In this document: positions 9,614 to 19,791 of the stretch, piece after piece
How the letters are laid out: each line of letters begins with the position of its first letter
How positions within the stretch are numbered: the stretch's first letter is position 1
Source: Chamaesiphon sp.
Lineage (GTDB): Bacteria > Cyanobacteriota > Cyanobacteriia > Cyanobacteriales > Chamaesiphonaceae
Direction: 5' to 3'
Assembly: GCA_965246715.1 (NCBI GenBank)
Contig: CBDFFH010000022.1
Location: forward strand, 1 to 64,000
DNA: 64,000 bases
Notes under the pieces: model-generated
Seen by the model: the letters and a program-made list of their open reading frames with translations, nothing else
What the model was told of the DNA's origin: nothing
Databases searched by the model: none
Translations under genes and position numbers: made by a program

Positions 9614-9648
9614 TAATAATTTATTAAAATAATTAAGTTAAAGTGCTA

Positions 9649-10425
9649 TCAAAAATTTGTCGAGCTTGGCTTGAGAGAGATTTTGCCGTTCTCACTTGGC
9701 AGAGCAGCCACCAAAAGTCCGATGCCGATTAAGTTAAACCACCAGCTTCCACTCCAACCAAATCGAAGAGACATCAGTAGCTCTAAACCAAAAATTACTC
9801 CAGTAATAATTATTATCATCTTCTTGTTCTTAGTAAAAACAGAATTGTTTTGCCAAATCCAAACAATAATTATCAAAGGTAAAAGCGGCCCTAGTATCGC
9901 AACTCCAAAATAAACAAGTATTCCTAAGGCTGGGATAGTGAATGCAGTTTTTAGAAAATTATTTTGTTTGGCAGGCGGAATAGATGGAAGATTGTTAACA
10001 CTGGGGAGCGGAGACGACCCTAACTGCTGAACTTTATTCTCTAATTGATTTTCCACCTCGGAAACAGGCTCGAAAAGTTGTGTTGCTGCAATAGGGAGAG
10101 AGATATTTACAACCTTCATCTGTATTTGTCCCAAGCAAATACTACTATTGAGTTCTAGCTTTACATCCTCTTGCTCTAGTCGTTGTCCATCTACAATTGG
10201 CGGATTATTACTTCTTAAACTTCGCACGCAAAAGCAATGTCGATCGGGAGAGAAGAAAATCTCTATATGTAGTGCAGATACAGTTGGATTTGTCACGACA
10301 ATATCGCACAAAGCTGGATCTCGTCCAATCCGAATAGTGCCTGGATTCTTACTAGGTTGGCGATCGGAGATTTTATGATTAAAATTATGATCTGCTTCTT
10401 GCCACTGTAATGTCATTTCATTCAT
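9649..10425 (-). CDS. FHA-domain membrane protein
   Basis: FHA motifs IRIGRD...PTVSALHIEI...LRSNN; several C-terminal hydrophobic helices. Confidence 0.85.
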   Translation of the reverse strand: MNEMTLQWQEADHNFNHKISDRQPSKNPGTIRIGRDPALCDIVVTNPTVSALHIEIFFSPDRHCFCVRSLRSNNPPIVDGQRLEQEDVKLELNSSICLGQIQMKVVNISLPIAATQLFEPVSEVENQLENKVQQLGSSPLPSVNNLPSIPPAKQNNFLKTAFTIPALGILVYFGVAILGPLLPLIIIVWIWQNNSVFTKNKKMIIIITGVIFGLELLMSLRFGWSGSWWFNLIGIGLLVAALPSENGKISLKPSSTNF

Positions 10426-10452
10426 CGTTCTCTCCTTGAAATCAACTTCGGC

Positions 10453-10645
10453 CTATCTAAAGTTTACTGTGCCTTCTAAGATGCGATCGACAATTGCGCC
10501 AGAAGTCAGTTCGCGAGTAATCGGTAGATGCACATCAGCTTGAGCATACCACTGGCGACGTGATACTAGTAGGCGTTCTAATTTGGATTGAAGATCTTCG
10601 GAGGTGGCTGAGAGTGGGTGCGTGGTATCGTACTGAAGACCTCCG
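10453..10645 (-). pseudogene. aroK: C-terminal relic of shikimate kinase
   Basis: LQYDTTHPLSATSEDLQSKLERLLVSRRQWYAQADVHL...IVDRIL resembles the AroK lid and C-terminus (RPLL...R..Y..AD); the P-loop is missing. Confidence 0.55.
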
Positions 10646-10679
10646 ATCCAGCCCGCTCGCACCATGTGACTGAACCGAC

Positions 10680-11015
10680 TTAAATCACGCGAAAAATAAA
10701 TGGATAACTGTATGCTGTGTTCGAGTCTTCTAAAACTCGCACGATCGCAATTACCGGCATTATCAAACTGAAAATACCTACCAAAATTAATAAGGGAATC
10801 CCAATAAACACTAAAATGAGTGGGAGACAAATAATGGCATAAAGATAAATATTAATATGGAAATTGAGAGATTCTCTCGCATTATGTTTGACCACTGAAT
10901 CTTGCGTGACAAATAAAATCACGATCGGTATTGCTACTGACAAGAGTGTGGAGCTGAAGAAAATCGATCCATGACACACTGCCGATAAAAGTTTGCGCTG
11001 TTGTAAGTCTTCCAT
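10680..11015 (-). CDS. DUF4870/Tic20-like membrane protein
   Basis: LSAVCH...VKHNARESLNFHI...YSYPFIFR with three TM segments. Confidence 0.85.
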   Translation of the reverse strand: MEDLQQRKLLSAVCHGSIFFSSTLLSVAIPIVILFVTQDSVVKHNARESLNFHINIYLYAIICLPLILVFIGIPLLILVGIFSLIMPVIAIVRVLEDSNTAYSYPFIFRVI

Positions 11016-11139
11016 CTAAAGATTAATCTCTTAATTACACTAAATTTATAGATACAGTTGTAAATAACTGATTCCTGAAGGCCGAACGGTGGTAGCTAGC
11101 TAGTGTTTAACCGCGAGCTAGCATAATATCCATTGAATT

Positions 11140-12438
11140 TCATTCTAGTCGCTTGAACTCTTGTTCTAAGGCATCTTCTTCCGTCGTGTAGATAATATCT
11201 CGATCGGTAATTTTATGTTGTTTGGCAAACTGTTTGGCGTAGTCCAATTTCTCCCGAACTACATCTTCTTGCTGTAACAAACTCGCCTGCTGATGTCGCG
11301 ATAGATTGCGGCGGCGGACTTGCGCATCATTATATTTCACCCAGAAATACCGGACGGAAGGAATTGCCACCAATCCAATCCCGTAGACAGCCAATACTGT
11401 CATTGCAGCACCGATCGCCCCACTACCAGATCCGGCTAACATGAGTGCCAGGATGATAATACCAACTAAATTGGCAGCAAATAAACCGATCGCCCAACTT
11501 TTTTGGGTAGGTGTGGCTTTACTAAACTTCCATCTTCGCTCTCGTAGAATTTGAGGCGATCGCGTGAAATCTCTTGGGTCATCTTTTAAGGTAGTTTGAA
11601 GATCGGGAAAATGATAGACCAATTGCCCCGTCGGACTAACTTCGGGAATCCCATTAAACTTTGTCAATACGGGTAACATATAGTTTTCGTATTCGCGATC
11701 GTAACCCTGTCCGAGATCGTCTAGATATGGAGCGATTTGTTCGCCGATAGCGACTCCTTGCTGACGATGGATAAGATTGCCAATGTATCGCCACCGTCGC
11801 TGTTCGAGATCGGCATTGGGATTGCCATCCCCAAACAATACTGAAAATACCGCTTCGAGAAAATTCAGTCGTTTTCGTTGAGTTTTTTCTCGAATTGGTA
11901 CGCGGTTGGCTAATTCAGTAGAATTCGGCGTACCAGAATTACTATAACTAGTACTAGTGCCACCCCAGTTGAAAATATCTAAGACACACACACCCCCACC
12001 GTCGCCACAGTCACCATTCCCATCGTTACTAAATAATGCGGCTAATGTAATTGCCAAAATTGTCAGGTAAACGATCGAAATCGAAGCAATCAAGAAGATC
12101 CCAAAGGAAATCCGGATCGCATAAAATACTACTTGCCAAATTCGATCGAGCCATGCCTTAACTTGCAGCCGCAGATTATTTCGCAATAAAACTTGCCGAA
12201 AATCTTGCGGTAAAGCATAGATGACTTCACCAGTATCGGTCACTTGCATGTGTCCGCCAGTACGATTGGCTAAATCCAGCAATCCCGATCGAGCCTGCTC
12301 TAAATGGATGCCAGTATGTGTCACCACATCTCCAGTCGTCACTCGATAACCGAGCTGTTCCACCGCTGTCATTAGTTGAGGATTGACATTCATCACCATA
12401 GTCCCTCTGGATCGATCGCACTGCTGTAGTTTTGCCAA
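11140..12438 (-). CDS. Conserved cyanobacterial/plastid membrane protein (At5g03900-like)
   Basis: GYRVTTGDV, RISFGIFLIASI, FLEAVFSVLFGDGNPN, GQLVYHFPDLQ. The real start is probably a few codons downstream. Confidence 0.7.
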   Translation of the reverse strand: MAKLQQCDRSRGTMVMNVNPQLMTAVEQLGYRVTTGDVVTHTGIHLEQARSGLLDLANRTGGHMQVTDTGEVIYALPQDFRQVLLRNNLRLQVKAWLDRIWQVVFYAIRISFGIFLIASISIVYLTILAITLAALFSNDGNGDCGDGGGVCVLDIFNWGGTSTSYSNSGTPNSTELANRVPIREKTQRKRLNFLEAVFSVLFGDGNPNADLEQRRWRYIGNLIHRQQGVAIGEQIAPYLDDLGQGYDREYENYMLPVLTKFNGIPEVSPTGQLVYHFPDLQTTLKDDPRDFTRSPQILRERRWKFSKATPTQKSWAIGLFAANLVGIIILALMLAGSGSGAIGAAMTVLAVYGIGLVAIPSVRYFWVKYNDAQVRRRNLSRHQQASLLQQEDVVREKLDYAKQFAKQHKITDRDIIYTTEEDALEQEFKRLE

Positions 12439-12580
12439 TCTCGATCGGTCAGCAACGTGATTGCTGCCAAACCGAGATTGGCGACTGTAAGCCTTTGCTG
12501 CTTAAAAGTTTTTTATTTTACGAGCGCTACTAAAATTCTAGCCAAATTTGCTGACAGTTGCTATGGGGCGTGACCTAGCG

Positions 12581-13810
12581 TTAGATTCCCGCTTGAGCCA
12601 ATAATGCCGTGCCATAAGCCGCATCTAGATGTACTGCTGGCGCAACTGGCACCTGTAGCTGTTGGTGGCGAATTTTTGTCCATACATGATTTTGGGCACC
12701 ACCGCCACCGGTGGAGACGGCAGTTAGTGATGTCGCTCCCAATTCGGCTAAGAGTTGATAGCCACGAGCTTCGATTTTGGCGATACCGCTGAGCAACCCA
12801 TATAAAAAATCAGCGGGCAGAGCGGGTCGGGGTGTAAGTCGTGGTGCTAAATTAGGATCGTTAATCGGGAAGCGTTCGCCTGGAGTCAACAATGGGTAAT
12901 AATCGAGATTGCTAGGTCGATCTGGATCGATTTCCTGGCTGTATGCAACCAATTCTGCATCGGTAAAGAAATGCTTTAATACTGCGCCACCAGTATTCGA
13001 AGCTCCACCTACCAACCACAAATCGCCTAAACGATGGCTGTAAATTCCATATTTAGAAGCATCGATCCGCGTATAACTGAGTAACTTGATAACCAATGTC
13101 GAACCCAGTGATGTGACCGCTTGGCCTGGAGTATCGACCCCACTAGCGAGAAAAGCGGCAATACTATCCGTAGTTCCAGCACAGATAACACACTCAGCCC
13201 CTAAACCTAATTCTCTGGCTACTTGCGGTAAAATCGTCCCGATCGACGATCCTGGTTTCAAGACTTGCGGTAATAATGGGCGATATGGGTGTCGTTCTAA
13301 CCAATCTGGGTATCGCAGCAGTTCGACATCGTAGCCCAGTTTGAGCGCATTATGATAGTCACTCCAGCCCAATTTGCCATGTAGCTGGGCTGCCAACCAA
13401 TCGGCTTGATGCAGTAAGTACCGCGCGCGATCGAACTCGGCTCGCTCTGCTAACCAGAATAATTTCGCTAAACTAGATGTAGCAGCAATCACCGGACAAT
13501 CGACTGGGGCGATCGATCTGACTCGATCCAATACAGCCACTGCGCGACTATCATTGTAGGCCAATGGTATACCCACGAGCTGCCCCTGGGCATCGCACAA
13601 GAGTACGGTCGAAGATGTGCCATCGATCGCCAGCCGCGTTACTCGCGATTTAATCGAGATCGGCACTGCTTGAATCAGGGCAAATAGCGTCTCGCGCCAT
13701 TCACCATCCGGCACGGCTCTAGTTCCCCACCAGAGCACGTTACGATCGGTATCGATCGCCACTAATCTCGCGCCAGATGTGCCAAAATCTATGCCTAGAG
13801 AAACTGTCAT
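12581..13810 (-). CDS. FGGY-family carbohydrate kinase (D-ribulose/xylulose kinase-like)
   Basis: LGIDFGTSGAR, DGTSST, GTTDSIAAF, SLGSTL, GGASNTGG. Confidence 0.9.
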   Translation of the reverse strand: MTVSLGIDFGTSGARLVAIDTDRNVLWWGTRAVPDGEWRETLFALIQAVPISIKSRVTRLAIDGTSSTVLLCDAQGQLVGIPLAYNDSRAVAVLDRVRSIAPVDCPVIAATSSLAKLFWLAERAEFDRARYLLHQADWLAAQLHGKLGWSDYHNALKLGYDVELLRYPDWLERHPYRPLLPQVLKPGSSIGTILPQVARELGLGAECVICAGTTDSIAAFLASGVDTPGQAVTSLGSTLVIKLLSYTRIDASKYGIYSHRLGDLWLVGGASNTGGAVLKHFFTDAELVAYSQEIDPDRPSNLDYYPLLTPGERFPINDPNLAPRLTPRPALPADFLYGLLSGIAKIEARGYQLLAELGATSLTAVSTGGGGAQNHVWTKIRHQQLQVPVAPAVHLDAAYGTALLAQAGI

Positions 13811-13821
13811 ACTGTTATTTT

Positions 13822-13835
13822 GTATCTAAAGTTAC
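13822..13835. promoter_or_regulatory. NtcA binding site upstream of glnB
   Basis: tGTA-tctaaagt-TACa (GTA-N8-TAC), ~90 bp upstream of the glnB start. Confidence 0.75.
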
Positions 13836-13910
13836 ATGTTTGACTAGTCCAACAATGATACAAAATGTCAAGTTGGCATGGTCAAAAAGAGCATATAAAC
13901 ACGCGCTTAG

Positions 13911-14261
<351 letters not shown>

Positions 14262-14304
14262 TTTCTTCTAGATTACCCGATTTAATTTATCCGGTTTAGC
14301 AGTT

Positions 14305-14332
14305 AGTCGAGGTTTTCTCCTCGGCTTTTTTT
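14305..14332 (+). terminator. Intrinsic terminator of glnB
   Basis: agtcgagg-ttttct-cctcggct followed by a T run. Confidence 0.7.
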
Positions 14333-14393
14333 CGATCGATCTGGCATTTATCCACAGATTAGCACTCGGATTGGATAGATCAGTCGCAGGTAA

Positions 14394-15485
14394 TTAGGTA
14401 GATGCTGCCATCATTGTCAACCACGCACCCACTTCCTCGCGAGTTAAAAGCCGATCGCAAGTAATTTGCGCGGGCAGACTGGCAAAAGCGCGGTGCGACC
14501 CAAAGCTACGGTTATAACTAGGCGCGCCTAATAAAATCGTGCGAAAACCGGAAAAAACTGGGATATCTTCGGGACAGCCTTCGCCCCAGATCCAATATTG
14601 ACTGCTGCTGCGATCGTTAGCATCGGGCAATTTTACATCGGCACCAACAGCTTGCCAATTATATAAATTCCATGCACCGACGATCGCCTTATCGTCAGAC
14701 TGTGAGCCTTTCCCCAGCGCGATCTCTACCGCTTGGCGCTCGACGCGCCGCCGAATATTCCAAGGTTGTTTGTGAGGGAATACATCCATTAAGAGTGTAT
14801 GCAGTTGAAAATTGTCGCCGATGCCAGACATTTTCCCTTGAAATCCTAACTGTGTACTCGGCTCGATGACCAAAATTGGCTCGTCAAATAGGACTGATAA
14901 AATGCGATCGAGCCAATGAGCGCCACAATGATAATGCGCGATCGGTTTGGTTAAATCTCGGAGGTATCGTCCAGCTATGCGTGCGGCGGGACTGCTACAG
15001 AATAACTCTACACCCGGTAAATAAAAGAACTCTGCCAATGCTCGCCATGCATCCATTTCAATTTGTCTAGTGGGTGCGAGCGAACTCAAAGTTCGCTCGA
15101 ATAGATTTTCTTCTTCCCGATCGATCGTGCCAGCGGTTTTGTCCAGTTCTAGTTCCACGGCAGTAACCATGCGACCGCACATCGTCAATAGATAGTCTAA
15201 GCGATCGATTAATGGCTCGATCGCGGGTGTCGGATCGTGCCCTTGGTGGATCAGTGCGCCAATCACCATTGCCGCTTGACCGGCATGATTCAAGGGATCG
15301 AGATCGAGCGTGGTCGCCAACATTGCCACGGCAGTCTGGATTTCACGATCGCTAGCGATGCTCAGCGAATTATAAAATTTACCAACAGCGCTGTGTAGTT
15401 GCGCTTCAGTAGCTTGAGGTTGGTTTAGGGTTGCCAGTAGCTGTTGGAGAAAGGTTTGCATGTGGATCGCAGCTAACGGAGTCAA
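14394..15485 (-). CDS. Hypothetical protein, ~360 aa
   Basis: Long ORF; C-terminal region with GIGDNFQLHTLL, GAWNLYNW, WIWGEG.P.DIP. Confidence 0.75.
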   Translation of the reverse strand: MTPLAAIHMQTFLQQLLATLNQPQATEAQLHSAVGKFYNSLSIASDREIQTAVAMLATTLDLDPLNHAGQAAMVIGALIHQGHDPTPAIEPLIDRLDYLLTMCGRMVTAVELELDKTAGTIDREEENLFERTLSSLAPTRQIEMDAWRALAEFFYLPGVELFCSSPAARIAGRYLRDLTKPIAHYHCGAHWLDRILSVLFDEPILVIEPSTQLGFQGKMSGIGDNFQLHTLLMDVFPHKQPWNIRRRVERQAVEIALGKGSQSDDKAIVGAWNLYNWQAVGADVKLPDANDRSSSQYWIWGEGCPEDIPVFSGFRTILLGAPSYNRSFGSHRAFASLPAQITCDRLLTREEVGAWLTMMAAST

Positions 15486-15612
15486 TTATTGTAATTATTC
15501 CCACCACGTTCCCAGTAGCACCAATCGCCTGCCTGAAATTTACACTGTTGCCAGCGATAACCTACCAATTTTCTTTCCGCAAGTGCCGATCGCCGATTTT
15601 TAAATTTTCTTC

Positions 15613-15626
15613 AGAACGTCAGTACT
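15613..15626. promoter_or_regulatory. Putative cyanobacterial LexA box
   Basis: AGAAC-gtca-GTACT (reverse complement AGTACTGACGTTCT), close to the Anabaena-type RGTAC-N4-GTWC box; 64 bp upstream of ATG 15690. Confidence 0.55.
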
Positions 15627-15689
15627 ATTTTGTAAATACATGATATACTTGTACTAACAACGAATAAATCTAAGACTTCCCCTAAAATC

Positions 15690-16571
15690 ATGGCTATCAA
15701 AGAACATCCTCCCCAAACGATCGATCTGAGTGCAGCCCCAACCACAGTAGAACTGCCGAATATTCAAACCACCACTCGCGATCGCTTTGCCGCACCCGAA
15801 TACGTCAATCCAAATGCCCGCCTACCCCGCATCCAAGCCTTGCGGGGTGAAAATGGTGCTAGTGAGTGCGGTTATTTCATCACCGAAACAGAAATGGCTA
15901 AAGCAGGCTGGCGCGAAATCGACGCGTCGCAAACGATCGTTTATGAATACAACAGCGGCGGTAAAGAACGCGGATTATTAATTCAATCGCCACGCATGTT
16001 GGTAGTACCCCGCTCGCCATTATTTGCCTTCGATCGTCAAAATTCTCGTCAAGAAGGTCGCTTAGTCGTCGCTGGACAATACAACAAGCAACTCTACAGC
16101 AACCGCGAGCAATATGGCACCGCTCAATGTTATGAAGTCTTGCTACTAGACGACCAAAATCAACCCTTACATGAAATCGGATTAGCGTATGTCGCCAAAG
16201 GTGCCAACCAAGCAAGTTTTAGCTCGCATTGGCAACAATTAGTCAATGAAGTAACTAAATGCCACGCGATCGCTAATTCAATTCCCGCACGCGCTAAAGA
16301 TGTCCGGTTTAATAGTCTCTGTGTCTTCCAATTCACTGTCAAACGCGAACTAGCTGGGAATAATGCTAAATCCCCTGCTTGTAAAGTTCACAGTCATGTT
16401 GCCCCAACTCAAGCCACTTGGGAGCAGTTTTTCTTGGGACGACAAGATGATATCGCCGATCGATTTCTCAATCTATTAGCACCTACGAGCGAACTGAGTT
16501 TGCCACAGGGTGATGTATTGAATTTAATCGATCGGGCGGGCACGCCAACCGAGAAAGAATTAGCTGCATAA
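15690..16571 (+). CDS. Conserved cyanobacterial protein, probably DUF5895 family
   Basis: DRFAAPEYVNPNARLPRIQALRGE...CGYFI...AKAGW...PRMLV...LLLDDQNQPLH. Confidence 0.7.
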   Translation: MAIKEHPPQTIDLSAAPTTVELPNIQTTTRDRFAAPEYVNPNARLPRIQALRGENGASECGYFITETEMAKAGWREIDASQTIVYEYNSGGKERGLLIQSPRMLVVPRSPLFAFDRQNSRQEGRLVVAGQYNKQLYSNREQYGTAQCYEVLLLDDQNQPLHEIGLAYVAKGANQASFSSHWQQLVNEVTKCHAIANSIPARAKDVRFNSLCVFQFTVKRELAGNNAKSPACKVHSHVAPTQATWEQFFLGRQDDIADRFLNLLAPTSELSLPQGDVLNLIDRAGTPTEKELAA

Positions 16572-16612
16572 TCGATCGATTTGCACAGATTTAAATATCT
16601 AATATTATTTTG

Positions 16613-16644
16613 AGCTAGATCTGTTTACAGAAACAGATCTAGCT
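16613..16644 (+). terminator. Strong hairpin terminator
   Basis: agctagatctgttt-acag-aaacagatctagct (14-bp stem) followed by ttatttt. Confidence 0.7.
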
Positions 16645-17030
16645 TTATTTTATGGATCGAAAATAGCTGTAAAATAACCGATTGTCGATTCTAAAGCCAC
16701 AACAGATCGGAATGGAAAGACTCGTGAAACTGCCAAACAACTTGCCGATCCCCATGGATGATGGGTTGGCGATCGCTTCTCGTGGTTGCAACCTCCGAGC
16801 GACCGGTTCGGGCAAAATTAAAAATTAATTAAGTAAATCTGTTGATTTAGAATGTTGGCAATCGGTAAAATTACCGATAATAGTAGTAACAGTTCGGTAA
16901 GTAATATCCGATCTAAAATCCATTTTTTGATGTACTTATAGCGCCACAAAAAATACTCGCTATTTCTAAAGAATAGAAACGCGAGCGTCATCAAATTTGC
17001 TAATATTTATTTACAAGGAAATACCTAGCG

Positions 17031-18134
17031 CTAAAATCCCATGGCCGTGGCTACTGTGTCTAGGTTGGCTGCGATTCCCTGTTGGAACGGATTGATGCTA
17101 TTTTTAATTGCCGTATCGGGATCTTTAAGGCCGTTACCAGTCAAGACACAGACGACAGTAGCATTATTGGGGACGCGATCTTTGACTTTGAGCAACCCCG
17201 CAACCGAAGCCGCACTTGCTGGTTCGCAGAAGATACCTTCTTTACTACCCAACCACCGATAAGCGGCAATAATTTCGGTATCGGTAACAGCATTAAATTC
17301 GCCATGACTCTGGTTCTTAGCTGCTACAGCTTTTTCCCAATTAGCGGGATTACCAATCCGGATTGCAGTTGCTAACGTTTCGGGGTTTTTCACCAGTTCG
17401 CCATGCACCAGGGGTGCGGCTCCTGCTGCTTGAAATCCCATCATTTGGGGCAACTGCTGACATTTGCCATCTTGATAATACTGATTGAAGCCCATCCAGT
17501 AGGCGGTAATGTTCCCACCATTACCGACGGGAATGCACAACCAATCCGGTGCGTCACCTAAAGCATCGACTAGCTCGAATGCGGCTGTTTTTTGACCTTC
17601 TAAGCGGTAGGGATTGACTGAATTTACTAGCGTAATCGGGTAATTTTCGGCCATCTGCCGAACGATCGCCAATGCATCGTCAAAATTCCCTTTAATTGCC
17701 AATACCTCTGCACCGTAAAGCAAGGCTTGTGCTAACTTACCCAAAGCAACATAACCATCGGGAATCAAAACGTAACAGCGCATTCCCCCCCGCATGGCAT
17801 AGGCGGCAGCAGCAGCGGAAGTGTTGCCAGTACTGGCACAGATCACTGCTTTTGCACCAGCCTCCTTCGCTTTGGTGATTGCCATCGTCATCCCCCGATC
17901 TTTGAAGCTGCCTGTGGGATTGAGACCATCGTATTTAATATAAACCTTTACCCCACGTCCGATTTCTGCGGCGATCGTTGGGACGGGAATCAAGGGAGTA
18001 TTGCCTTCGTGCAGGGTGACGACTGGAGTAGTCGCAGTCACTGGTAGATACGCTCGGTAAGTTTCAATTAATCCCGGCCAAGCACGGCGGCTATGGGTGC
18101 TAGAATCGACCTCGATTTTGGTATCTAAACTCAT
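17031..18134 (-). CDS. thrC: Threonine synthase
   Basis: [16 protein letters not shown] (PLP Lys), [23 protein letters not shown]. Confidence 0.95.
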   Translation of the reverse strand: MSLDTKIEVDSSTHSRRAWPGLIETYRAYLPVTATTPVVTLHEGNTPLIPVPTIAAEIGRGVKVYIKYDGLNPTGSFKDRGMTMAITKAKEAGAKAVICASTGNTSAAAAAYAMRGGMRCYVLIPDGYVALGKLAQALLYGAEVLAIKGNFDDALAIVRQMAENYPITLVNSVNPYRLEGQKTAAFELVDALGDAPDWLCIPVGNGGNITAYWMGFNQYYQDGKCQQLPQMMGFQAAGAAPLVHGELVKNPETLATAIRIGNPANWEKAVAAKNQSHGEFNAVTDTEIIAAYRWLGSKEGIFCEPASAASVAGLLKVKDRVPNNATVVCVLTGNGLKDPDTAIKNSINPFQQGIAANLDTVATAMGF

Positions 18135-18322
18135 GATGTGACTATAACCTGATAAAAAAATGATGGACGATCGCGCCCGTTTGAAAAATTGCTAACTCCC
18201 TCTGATTCTACTATTGAAGCATAATTATGGGTACTTAGACGGGGGTGAATCGATGGGAATCAGACAATTGAGGGTAAACTATTGTTGTCGATCGCTTTGC
18301 CCTATTTATCACTTTCACCGCG

Positions 18323-18808
18323 ATGTCCGAACTTCAACACCGTCCGCGTGCGCTAGTTGCGATTGTAATTTACAAATGTTTTACGGCTGGATTATTGACT
18401 GCTGTAGCGATCGGCTTATTTCTAACATCTAAAAAGTACGACGACTTGTTTACCTTTGCTGAAGAGTACATGACTACTGGCAGGCAAGAACTTATCAAGG
18501 CTGGACTGACTCAGGTATTGAGTGTATCGACTACCAAAATGCAACTGGGGGCGCTCATTGCGCTTATCTATGCTGCGGTGAGCGGTTTAGAAGCGATCGG
18601 CTTATGGAACCAAAAAGCCTGGGCCACGATCTTAGTAGTAGGAATCGTCGGCATCACAATTCCAGTCGAAATAGTTGAAATTTTTCACAAAGTCTCGCTG
18701 CTCAAATGCAGCATCTTTATTATCAATGTTGCCATGTTCTGCTATCTGCTCGGACACGCCCTAGAAGAACGCAAGAAACGGCAAGAGGGTTTAGGGAAGA
18801 AGTATTAG
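18323..18808 (+). CDS. DUF2127 membrane protein
   Basis: AIVIYK...YAAVSGLEAIGLW..KAWA...IPVEIVE...INV pattern with four TM helices. Confidence 0.8.
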   Translation: MSELQHRPRALVAIVIYKCFTAGLLTAVAIGLFLTSKKYDDLFTFAEEYMTTGRQELIKAGLTQVLSVSTTKMQLGALIALIYAAVSGLEAIGLWNQKAWATILVVGIVGITIPVEIVEIFHKVSLLKCSIFIINVAMFCYLLGHALEERKKRQEGLGKKY

Positions 18809-18921
18809 ATAAGCCAGTAACTAATTATAAATATCGATGAGGTGAGAATCTAAGTGTTGGAAACAGCCCACCTTCCGGGATAACTAACATCTTTCCTCTA
18901 TTCCCATATTTTCCATTCCTT

Positions 18922-19617
18922 ATGAAAAAAAGTATCAAAAACGATCGCACGTTACTACTGACTAGCATCTTATTATTTTTTATGCTGGCCGCTGGAATTA
19001 TGAGTGGTGTGCTGGGCTTTATCTCAGGACACGAGGCACTCAAAGGTGTTACCCAGCCAGATATTCGTCCTAATAATACCAAAGGTGGCAACGCTCAAAA
19101 TCTCAAAACCAAAGGTTTGGAGTTATTGCAAGAGCAAGAATTGATTGCTAATGTCAAAAAACAAATTGGTATTGAAGAGCCGAAAAAAGATGCCCAGCAG
19201 GCTAAAGAGGCTAAAAAACAAGCACAAATTTTTGAAAAAGCCGTCAAAAACGATCCTCAAGCTGGCATCCCTGTAGTCACACTGCCGATCGTCAGAGAAG
19301 ATCAAGGGATTGAGATTGCTGTTAAGTCGATCGATGCCAAAAGTGCGAATGTCAAATATGAAGTCACCCTAGTCAATCGCGGCAGTCAATCAGTCAATTT
19401 CGGTCAAAGTACGGTTAGTGTCACTAACGATCGCGCTCAAACCTTGAATGCAACTACGACTGGCTTACCCAGTAGTCTACTTGCCAATGGCAAAGAAGCC
19501 AAGGTTATAGTCACAATTCCCAAAAATGCTCTCGATAAAGTCAAAACTGTCTCGTTACAATTGACAGATACAGATAAAAAACTGCAACTGGAAATCTCTG
19601 GGTTGCCTGTTAAATAG
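18922..19617 (+). CDS. Conserved cyanobacterial membrane-anchored protein with an Ig-like C-terminus
   Basis: N-terminal TM, GHEALKGVTQPD motif, beta-rich C-terminus. Confidence 0.75.
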   Translation: MKKSIKNDRTLLLTSILLFFMLAAGIMSGVLGFISGHEALKGVTQPDIRPNNTKGGNAQNLKTKGLELLQEQELIANVKKQIGIEEPKKDAQQAKEAKKQAQIFEKAVKNDPQAGIPVVTLPIVREDQGIEIAVKSIDAKSANVKYEVTLVNRGSQSVNFGQSTVSVTNDRAQTLNATTTGLPSSLLANGKEAKVIVTIPKNALDKVKTVSLQLTDTDKKLQLEISGLPVK

Positions 19618-19621
19618 GGGA

Positions 19622-19722
<101 letters not shown>

Positions 19723-19791
19723 AAGATCTTTGCATCTCACTAACTAATTTACACTCTCTTCCTCTACTCACATTTCCCCCTATCCCCAGCA

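Noticed and set aside
10453..10830. 125-aa ORF as an intact gene
   Set aside because: Its 5' half overlaps the DUF4870 gene in another frame; only the 3' part resembles AroK.
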